This document shows positions 55,672 to 62,809 of a stretch of DNA of 62,809 nucleotides, piece after piece; the stretch's first letter is position 1; each line of letters starts with the position of its first letter. A program made the position numbers and the translations under genes. Origin of the DNA: Oscillospiraceae bacterium (GTDB lineage: Bacteria > Bacillota > Clostridia > Oscillospirales > CAG-272); NCBI GenBank assembly GCA_015064135.1, contig SVSU01000001.1:1-62809 (forward strand), read 5' to 3'. Under the pieces are notes generated by a model that saw only the letters and a list, made by a program, of their open reading frames with translations, ran no database searches and was not told where the DNA came from.

Positions 55672-58600
55672 ATGAAAAGGATTTTGAGCTTTATTCTGAC
55701 TTTATGTATGGTAGCATCGGCGGTTCCGTGGGGTGTGGTTGCGGAGGAGGTTTTCAGCGAGACTGCAATTACGGCGGAAGCCGGTGTTACGGCATCAGGC
55801 AAGTGCGGCGATAATTTGACGTGGGTACTGTATGGTGATGGGGAATTGGTGATCAGCGGTACAGGGGCGATGTGGGATTGGGCATATAATTCAAAGGTTC
55901 CGTGGTACCCCTATCGTTCTGCCGTTGTCAAGGTTACCATTGAAGATGAGGTTACTTCCATTGGCGATTATGCATTCGACGCCTACAGCTTGACAAGCGT
56001 AGCGATAGGCGACAGCGTTACTTCCATTGGCGATCACGCATTCTCCGGCTGCGGAAGCTTAACAAGCGTAACGATAGGCGACAGCGTTACTTCCATTGGT
56101 GCTTCTGCATTCTTAGAATGCACCAGGTTGACAAACGTAACGATAGGCGACAGCGTTACTTCCATTGGTGCTTCTGCATTCTGGTACTGCAATAGTTTGA
56201 CAAGCGTAACGATACCCGACAGCGTTACTTCCATTGGCTATAGGGCATTCAGGCACTGCGTCAGCTTGACAAGCGTAACGATACCCGACAGCGTTACTTC
56301 CATTGGCGATGAGGCATTCTGGCACTGCGTATGTTTGACAAGCGCCACCGTTCTCAGCAGAGATGCTGAGTTTGGCTCAGGTGTTTTCATGAAGAGTGGC
56401 TTCTCCGACGTCGTCACCCTCTACGGCTACGCAGGCTCCACAACCGAAGCTTATGCGAAGGAGAACGGGAATAAATTTGTTGCATTGGAGGAGCCGGAGG
56501 AGGAAAACACCCTTCCAATCTTCACTCACTTCGGTCAATACAACGGGTGTACCAGAGAACACCTCCCCATAGGTGAAAATGGTTTGAAAGAATACAGGGT
56601 GACAAGCATAACCATAGACGGGGTTACATATAACGTTGCAGATCCATACAATCATGACATCTATCAGCCCATCTTAATGTATGAGGGTTATCTTGCAAAT
56701 TACTACTATACAGCATTTAACCTTAACGAAAACAATGAGATTACCGCTGCAGCTACTACGTTTGGCACTGTATGCGGGCTTGATGGATGGGATCCCGTGG
56801 CGAAGGTTATTGATACGGATTTGGTATATTTGACACCGGTCGGAAACCAGACCAATTCAACATTGCCCGGCGGAAGCTACTATGTAAGCGATATTGTTGC
56901 CGACAGTTTCCCCTTGGATAAGATAGGAAACTGGATTGGCGATCAGGTGCGCGTGTATACGTTTGGTGAGCAGGTGTTTAAGGTTATTCATATAACGAAA
57001 AGAGAAGGTGTTGTGACATCTTACGATAAAAACAACTCACCCAATACCGTTTATATCAATAATATTCCATACAAGGTTGCCGCTGATGAACTGTTGTATG
57101 AAACGATTGAGAGTCCATTTGTTAATGGCAGCCAATACATAAAAGATGCAGAATGTACACTATATGACGATGTTATTGTTGAGGTGGTTTATGTAAATCA
57201 AAAACTTGACCCGGAGCAGTTCAACGAATACATATACCACGCCAAAGTCTCCCTTGACCCGAATGATGAACACTATCCTACTTTCCAAAATTATCTTATA
57301 GGGGAAAGAAGTTCTCCGGCTAAAGATACTGTGAACTCCTGCAAAGAAACAGCTTTTGCTGCAGAAGCGGCTGTATGGTCGACTACAACCAATATATTTG
57401 ATGCTCTTATTGAAGGCCCGGCAGGGACTATGTACAATGAGTCTATCAAACAAAAAGATATCTACACAGCGATTATTCTTGCTTCACTTGAAACATCGTA
57501 TAAAGAAGTAATCAATGATTCATTGGATGAGGTCGCAAAATATGGTCTCGATATGCTTTCGTTGCCATTTGAAATACATGACACTGCATCTAAATATAAA
57601 ACATGGAAAGAAATTGACTTTAAATCATTGAATTCTGCCACGAAAGACAAATTAAAAGGACAACTTAAAACCTATGTTAAAGATAAATTCTTTCATAAAA
57701 GTGCAGATTCCTCAGATGTATTTTCAATGATTGATGTTGCTTTTAAAACTGCTGACTGCATCGAGACAATCACGGAAACCGTATCGGCATACTGTAAAAT
57801 AAGAATGTTAAATGCAGAGATGAAAACTGTGATTGAATATATGTATGAAGCTTGTCCTTCATCAAATCAGCACTTAAAGGATGCTCTATCGGATTGCGTA
57901 AAGGCAATCACATTGGCAGACGATAAATTTAAAGGTGCAATGTTAAAGGATTCCCTTTCCTTTGCCGGTGCATTTGCCGGAGTACAAATGGCAGATTTTC
58001 TGTGGGGCTGCTGCGGTGATATTTTGGGGACATTTTTTCCTGTTGTAAATGCAATCAAAATAGCATACTCGGCAGGAAAAATGCTACTGGAATTAGCTAC
58101 CGGGATAAAACAAAAGTCAGAGGCATATTACCGATTAACTTCTTTGCTGAATTACCAAGAATTGGCAAGGAGGGTTTTGGATAATCTCGGGAACCAATTC
58201 GAGAATTCACAGACGGAAGCGAATGCAAAATTGTATTTGGAAGCGGCAAGAATGGGTTGGCAGATTTTGAAAACGGATGCCAATTATACTGTCGATTTCT
58301 TTAAGACATTTAAATATTCAGCAAGTGATTTGTTTAATAGTGAGGAAATTGATTCTCTGATTTCGACATATACCAATATGTATCAAATCTACAGTGAATT
58401 TGAAGTGAAATTCGATGTTTTGTGGATCGACAATCTTAGAGAAGACTATCCGGAATTAGTTTCCGAATATGAGTACAGGATGTATAACGCGATACTGAAA
58501 CTCGAAGAGATAACTGTTGCCTGTCCCGTAAATGTGTATGTCTATGACGAATCCAACAAAATGGTAGCATATGTTGTAGATGGAAAGCCATATGCTACGG

Positions 58601-59319
58601 ATAACGTATCTGTTTTTGTAGAAGGAGAAAAGAAGCATTTCGATTTTTACGATGATCAAGAGTACAGAATTGAGTGTGAAGGCTATGATACAGGGGATGT
58701 TGATATTGTAGTTACCCAATACGACGAAAACGGCGCTGTTGCACGATCTCTCAATTATATTGATCTTCCCATAGATAGTCTGAGCAGTTACAGCGTGGAA
58801 ATGGGTATTGAAAACGCTCAGGTTGAAGATAATAATGGTCAGATAACCGCCCCGAATTATGATTCAAACAACAAAGGGAAACCGTTTACAGTCCAGATTT
58901 TCAATGGATTTGCCACATCAAACAATACTCATGAACATACCTTTACAGCATATCCGGGAGAGATTATTGATATATCTTCTTTTATAAAAGAAAACCATTA
59001 TTTTGCAGGATGGACTTCAGATAATCCATCAATTACATTTGAAGATTCTGATGCGCTTGCAACGAATTTCGTTATGGTTGATTCGGATGTGGTAATATAT
59101 GCCGAAATGATCGAATATCTTCCCGGTGATATCAATGATGACAGCATGGTTGACATAGATGATGCGTTGCTGCTTTTCCAGAACAGCATCCTTCCCGAAA
59201 CATATCCTGTTGATTATCCGTGCATTATCGATTTCACAAAGGACGGCAAGGTAGACATCGACGATGCCCTCCTCCTCTTCCAGTACAGCATCCTCCCCGA
59301 CGTATACCCCATTTCATAA
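55672..59319 (+). CDS. Secreted 1215-aa protein: BspA-type leucine-rich repeats, large unknown central region, Listeria-Bacteroides-type repeat, C-terminal type I dockerin
   Basis: It has a signal peptide and six 23-aa LRR units (LTSVTIGDSVTSIGxxAF). HYFAGWTSDN is present. The dockerin duplicated Ca-binding segments are GDINDDSMVDIDDALLLFQ and DFTKDGKVDIDDALLLFQ. Confidence 0.85.
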   Translation: MKRILSFILTLCMVASAVPWGVVAEEVFSETAITAEAGVTASGKCGDNLTWVLYGDGELVISGTGAMWDWAYNSKVPWYPYRSAVVKVTIEDEVTSIGDYAFDAYSLTSVAIGDSVTSIGDHAFSGCGSLTSVTIGDSVTSIGASAFLECTRLTNVTIGDSVTSIGASAFWYCNSLTSVTIPDSVTSIGYRAFRHCVSLTSVTIPDSVTSIGDEAFWHCVCLTSATVLSRDAEFGSGVFMKSGFSDVVTLYGYAGSTTEAYAKENGNKFVALEEPEEENTLPIFTHFGQYNGCTREHLPIGENGLKEYRVTSITIDGVTYNVADPYNHDIYQPILMYEGYLANYYYTAFNLNENNEITAAATTFGTVCGLDGWDPVAKVIDTDLVYLTPVGNQTNSTLPGGSYYVSDIVADSFPLDKIGNWIGDQVRVYTFGEQVFKVIHITKREGVVTSYDKNNSPNTVYINNIPYKVAADELLYETIESPFVNGSQYIKDAECTLYDDVIVEVVYVNQKLDPEQFNEYIYHAKVSLDPNDEHYPTFQNYLIGERSSPAKDTVNSCKETAFAAEAAVWSTTTNIFDALIEGPAGTMYNESIKQKDIYTAIILASLETSYKEVINDSLDEVAKYGLDMLSLPFEIHDTASKYKTWKEIDFKSLNSATKDKLKGQLKTYVKDKFFHKSADSSDVFSMIDVAFKTADCIETITETVSAYCKIRMLNAEMKTVIEYMYEACPSSNQHLKDALSDCVKAITLADDKFKGAMLKDSLSFAGAFAGVQMADFLWGCCGDILGTFFPVVNAIKIAYSAGKMLLELATGIKQKSEAYYRLTSLLNYQELARRVLDNLGNQFENSQTEANAKLYLEAARMGWQILKTDANYTVDFFKTFKYSASDLFNSEEIDSLISTYTNMYQIYSEFEVKFDVLWIDNLREDYPELVSEYEYRMYNAILKLEEITVACPVNVYVYDESNKMVAYVVDGKPYATDNVSVFVEGEKKHFDFYDDQEYRIECEGYDTGDVDIVVTQYDENGAVARSLNYIDLPIDSLSSYSVEMGIENAQVEDNNGQITAPNYDSNNKGKPFTVQIFNGFATSNNTHEHTFTAYPGEIIDISSFIKENHYFAGWTSDNPSITFEDSDALATNFVMVDSDVVIYAEMIEYLPGDINDDSMVDIDDALLLFQNSILPETYPVDYPCIIDFTKDGKVDIDDALLLFQYSILPDVYPIS
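55939..56349 (+). repeat. 69-bp tandem DNA repeats (6 units) encoding the LRR units
   Basis: Units start at 55939(approx), 56005, 56074, 56143, 56212 and 56281. They share the core GACAGCGTTACTTCCATTGG. Confidence 0.85.
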
Positions 59320-59330
59320 CTTCATAACAA

Positions 59331-59387
59331 AACGACCGAGCCATCCACTCCATTTTTGGAGTATGGGATAAGCCCGGTCGTTTTTTA
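59331..59387. terminator. Hairpin terminator between convergent genes
   Basis: AACGACCGAGCC pairs with AGCCCGGTCGTT and is followed by TTTTT. Confidence 0.6.
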
Positions 59388-59401
59388 CTTAAAGGGGGGG
59401 A

Positions 59402-60865
59402 TCACGAAATAATATACACCTTTCCCGTCCGGTTCACCCCGTTGTCTCCCACGCGGTACCGCTTCATCACGTCCCACTCGCTTTCCCCCTCATCCGGGAC
59501 GCAGATGGTCAGCACGTTCTTCCGCCGCGCCGTGGGTGCGTTTTCGTCGATGGTCATGGTCTCAAGATACCGCAGTCCGCGCTCGCCGAGGAATACGCCG
59601 TTGATGGCAAGCTCCGCCGTCACGTTCAGGGTCTCACCGTCGCATCTACCGCCTACGTCGCAGACGGAGAACTCGCATTTTCCCACAAGCTCGCCGCCCG
59701 ATTCCTTCCCGTCTGTCTCACATTCGTATTTCACGGGGATGACGCATTCCTCCGCTGTCGCCTCTCCCTCTCCGCAGAGAATGGAGGTGATCACCGCGTT
59801 CCCCGTCAGCGTAAGTCGTCTGCCGTTTTGCTCCGCTTTGTCAAATGCAGCCTTTCCCCATCCGCCTGCCCACGTCATTCCGGGGCGGACAGCCTTCGTG
59901 CCCGAGACGGTCAGCCTGCCGTTTACTCCCTTCAAGGCAGAAAGGGCGGCGGCATCGGTGTAGGTGCATTCGTCACGATAGTCTGCACAGTAGCCGTCGG
60001 TGCTGATCTCTGTCTCGCCGCCCATCATGCAGTCGCAGTCGATGTCGCATTCCATATTCCATGTAATGAGACCGTCCTCCGCCGTGTCAATTTCGCACAT
60101 GAGACAGCGCCCGTATGCCGCGGCACCCATCGCATTTGCCGTGTCGCAGGGGATCACCGTATCCACAGCGCACCGCCCCTTTGCCGTGGTGTAAACACCG
60201 TCGGGGGTGAGCAGGAGCAGGGAGATCCTCGCCTCCCCCATGACGGAAATGCCGTCCTTTGTCACTTTTGCGTCGTTTATGCTGAGGCTTCCCACCGCGG
60301 AGATCACTTTTGTGCCCTCTCGCTCGCGCAGCTCTCCTCCGCATTCGATATTGCTGCGCAAGGCCTTTACCGCGGCGTATTCCGCTTTGTCCTTTTTCAG
60401 CTTTACGGATGCTTTTTTGTCCTCTGCGCTGATTTTCTCCGCACAGTCCACGGTTTTCTGGGAAAAAAGACGCATCTTCACCTTTGAGGAGAGAGTCAGC
60501 CGTCTGGGTGCTGTAACACGGCAGATCACATTCTCAGCCGAGGAGGAGAGGGAGAGGTCATCTGTGCCGAAAACATCCCCTTCCGTGGATTTTACGGGGA
60601 TCCTGCCGTCAAATGCCGTGGTGAGTGGGACAGAGCAAAGACCGCCGTCTCCTCCGAGGTAGAGAACGGTGTAGGATACGGTGCCGTCCGCTTCAAGCTC
60701 GTCTCCGTTCAGGTATTTTCCGTCAACGGAGGGGGAAGCCTGCACTCCCACGATGCGCCTTACCTCGGGGATATAGTCGGGGAGGGAAAAGTCCTCGGTT
60801 ACGTCCAGGGTGTGTGTGGTGTCGAACCGTTTTAGTGCCAGTTTTCTTGTGATTTCGTTTTCCAT
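59402..60865 (-). CDS. DUF3794-like protein (487 aa), function unknown
   Basis: The ATG at 60865 is preceded by GGAGGA. The N-terminal pattern FSLPDYIPEVRRIV is as remembered for DUF3794 proteins of spore formers. The family call comes from memory. Confidence 0.65.
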   Translation of the reverse strand: MENEITRKLALKRFDTTHTLDVTEDFSLPDYIPEVRRIVGVQASPSVDGKYLNGDELEADGTVSYTVLYLGGDGGLCSVPLTTAFDGRIPVKSTEGDVFGTDDLSLSSSAENVICRVTAPRRLTLSSKVKMRLFSQKTVDCAEKISAEDKKASVKLKKDKAEYAAVKALRSNIECGGELREREGTKVISAVGSLSINDAKVTKDGISVMGEARISLLLLTPDGVYTTAKGRCAVDTVIPCDTANAMGAAAYGRCLMCEIDTAEDGLITWNMECDIDCDCMMGGETEISTDGYCADYRDECTYTDAAALSALKGVNGRLTVSGTKAVRPGMTWAGGWGKAAFDKAEQNGRRLTLTGNAVITSILCGEGEATAEECVIPVKYECETDGKESGGELVGKCEFSVCDVGGRCDGETLNVTAELAINGVFLGERGLRYLETMTIDENAPTARRKNVLTICVPDEGESEWDVMKRYRVGDNGVNRTGKVYIIS

Positions 60866-60993
60866 AAGAATCCTCCATCTGTCACTGTGGGTGACGAGTA
60901 AATTTAATGATATTTCGGTACCCGAATGGGTGGAATGATGTTCATGGAAAATATATGCACAGTGGGGGAAGTTTATGCGGTGAGTGGGGTGGG

Positions 60994-61041
60994 GGAAAAA
61001 GAAAACCGAGCCATCCGCTTTTTTACAGATAAGCTCGGTCG
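60994..61041 (-). terminator. Intrinsic terminator downstream of the acyl-CoA synthetase gene and its 3' repeats
   Basis: On the minus strand, CGACCGAGC pairs with GCTCGGTT and is followed by TTCTTTTTCC. Confidence 0.55.
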
Positions 61042-61078
61042 TTTGTTTGATGTGATTCCCATGAAAGTTTTTTCTCAT

Positions 61079-61274
61079 GAGTGGGGCGCTTTGGTTACAA
61101 TTTATACTGCACGTTATCCCCAAAGAAGCAGATGGCACATGGGAGAAAAACGGTCGCCCAAAAGACTCTTTCGGAGGCTTTTGGGCGATGAAAGATGGTC
61201 GGTCCCATCTTTCAAGTTTTTTCTCATGAGTGGGGCGCTTTGGTTACAATTTATACTGCACGTTATCCCCACTC
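61079..61274 (-). repeat. Second locus of the reiterated structured element (H1-H2-H3-H1'), minus-strand orientation
   Basis: H1 spans 61228-61274, H2 spans 61189-61214, H3 spans 61154-61188, and a partial H1' spans 61079-61122. The period is 149 nt. H1 begins at the G of the stop codon TGA. Confidence 0.7.
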
Positions 61275-62809
61275 AGGCAGTTTCAATCTTTGAAGCCTCA
61301 ATAAACTCGGGCAGTTTTTCTGCCTCCTCGCGCATCTTGTACTTCAGGATCTTTCCTGCCGCGTTCATGGGGAAACTGTCTACAAATGTCACATATCTGG
61401 GGGTCTTGTGCTTCGCCATGTGGGTCATGACATATTCCTTGATCTCCTCCGCGGTGCACTCCTCGCCCGGCTTCAGGATGACGCACGCCATGATCTCCTC
61501 GCCGTACTGCTTGCTGGGTACGCCGATGACCTGTACGTCGGATACCTTCGGATGGGTGTAGATGAAGTCCTCGATCTCCTTGGGGTAGATGTTCTCGCCG
61601 CCGCGGATGATCATGTCCTTGATTCTGCCCGTGATCTTGTAGTTTCCGTCGGGGAGACGTCTTGCAAGGTCGCCCGTGTGGAGCCAACCGTCCTTGTCGA
61701 TGGCAGCCGCTGTTGCTTCGGGCATCTTGTAGTAGCCCTTCATAATGTTGTAGCCGCGCGCCACGAATTCGCCGTCCACATTGTCGGGCAGCTCCTCGTA
61801 GGTTTCGGGGTCAACGATTTTGCATTCCACACCGAAAATCGCACTTCCAACGGTGTTGACCCTGGTTTCGATGGAGTCCGTGGTCTTTGACATGGTGGTG
61901 GCAGGGGATGCCTCCGTCTGACCGTAGGTAATGCAGATCTCGTCCATGTGCATTTTTGAGATGACCTCCTCCATGACCTTGATGGGACAGGGGGAGCCTG
62001 CCATGATGCCTGTTCTCATGTGGGAAAAGTCGGTCTTGTCGAAGTCCTCGTGACCCAGCATGGCGATAAACATGGTGGGAACGCCGTGGAATGCGGTAAT
62101 CTTCTCCTTTGTGATGCACGCCAGTCCTTTCTTCGGGGAGAAGGCGGGGATGGGAGACATGGTAACACCGTGGGTCATGGACGCGGTCATAGCGAGAACC
62201 ATGCCGAAGCAGTGGAACATGGGCACCTGGATCATCATGCGGTCTGCGGTGGACAGATCCATGCAGTCGCCGATTGCCTTACCGTTGTTGACAACATTGT
62301 AATGTGTCAGCATAACACCCTTGGGGAATCCCGTGGTGCCCGATGTGTACTGCATATTGCATACATCGTGCTTGTTTATCATGGCGGCGCGGCGGTACAC
62401 AGCCTCAACGGGGGTACGCTCTGCCTGTGCCAGCGCTTCTTCCCATGTGTAGCAGCCCGGACGGTCGGATTCGCAGGTGATAACGTTTCTGAGGAAGGGA
62501 AGCCGTCTTGCGTGGAGAGGCTTGCCCTTTTCCAGAGATTTCAGTTCGGGGCAGATCTCGTTGATGATTGCCACATAGTCGGAATCCTTGTAGCCGTCCG
62601 TCATAACAAGGGTGTGTGTGTCGGACTGGCGGAGCAGGTACTCAAGCTCGTGAATCTTGTACGCGGTGTTGACCGTGACCAGCACCGCACCGATCTTTAC
62701 CGTCGCCCAGAATGTGATGTACCACTGAGGCACATTCGTTGCCCAGATGGCAACATGGTCGCCCTGCTTGACCCCCATGGAGATGAGCGCCCTTGCAAAG
62801 GTGTCAACA
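61273..62809 (-). CDS. AMP-binding acyl-CoA synthetase / fatty-acid--CoA ligase (N-terminus beyond the window edge)
   Basis: YTSGTTGFPKGV (the AMP-binding signature), TGDLARR and GGENIYPKEIE are present. The reading frame stays open to position 62809. Confidence 0.9.
   Translation of the reverse strand, partial: VDTFARALISMGVKQGDHVAIWATNVPQWYITFWATVKIGAVLVTVNTAYKIHELEYLLRQSDTHTLVMTDGYKDSDYVAIINEICPELKSLEKGKPLHARRLPFLRNVITCESDRPGCYTWEEALAQAERTPVEAVYRRAAMINKHDVCNMQYTSGTTGFPKGVMLTHYNVVNNGKAIGDCMDLSTADRMMIQVPMFHCFGMVLAMTASMTHGVTMSPIPAFSPKKGLACITKEKITAFHGVPTMFIAMLGHEDFDKTDFSHMRTGIMAGSPCPIKVMEEVISKMHMDEICITYGQTEASPATTMSKTTDSIETRVNTVGSAIFGVECKIVDPETYEELPDNVDGEFVARGYNIMKGYYKMPEATAAAIDKDGWLHTGDLARRLPDGNYKITGRIKDMIIRGGENIYPKEIEDFIYTHPKVSDVQVIGVPSKQYGEEIMACVILKPGEECTAEEIKEYVMTHMAKHKTPRYVTFVDSFPMNAAGKILKYKMREEAEKLPEFIEASKIETA

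Overview
This is a roughly 55% GC chromosomal segment from a spore-forming Firmicute of class Clostridia. Supporting marks are spoIIR, a SpoIVFB-like M50 protease, SLH-domain surface proteins, a dockerin protein, a T-box leader and the Bacillus-type order ffs-dnaX-ybaB-recR. Most of the window is housekeeping: valS, tig-clpP-clpX, lepB-rbgA-rnhB-yraN, thrC, mreB, radA, trkAH and apgM.

The accessory and unusual content is listed below.
- **GH27 operon:** a minus-strand operon carries five tandem, diverged, signal-peptide-less GH27 alpha-galactosidase-like paralogues. A GH101/GH129-like hydrolase and a small zinc-ribbon ORF sit among them.
- **tRNA operon:** a Met-Glu-Glu tRNA operon is followed by three 120-bp tandem units. 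Each unit is a 67-nt tRNA-like mini-structure plus a strong terminator.
- **Three-hairpin element:** a ~150-nt element is reiterated between the stop codon and the terminator of two unrelated genes. Its hairpins keep their structure through compensatory base changes.
- **RAYT island:** a low-GC island encodes a RAYT/IS200-like HUH transposase. The ORF contains a GC-rich 27-nt inverted repeat that starts with GTAG.
- **rlmI-like gene:** a single in-frame TAA interrupts it.
- **dnaX:** an A AAA AAG heptamer lies in the correct register in the linker region.
- **TGTGGRRAA array:** a cluster of these boxes lies upstream of a strong promoter.
- **LRR/dockerin protein:** a 1215-aa protein has an AT-rich central domain of unknown function and sits behind a terminator-containing leader.

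I saw no rRNA genes, CRISPR array or prophage. All calls rest on reading the sequence and on remembered family motifs; no database search was run.
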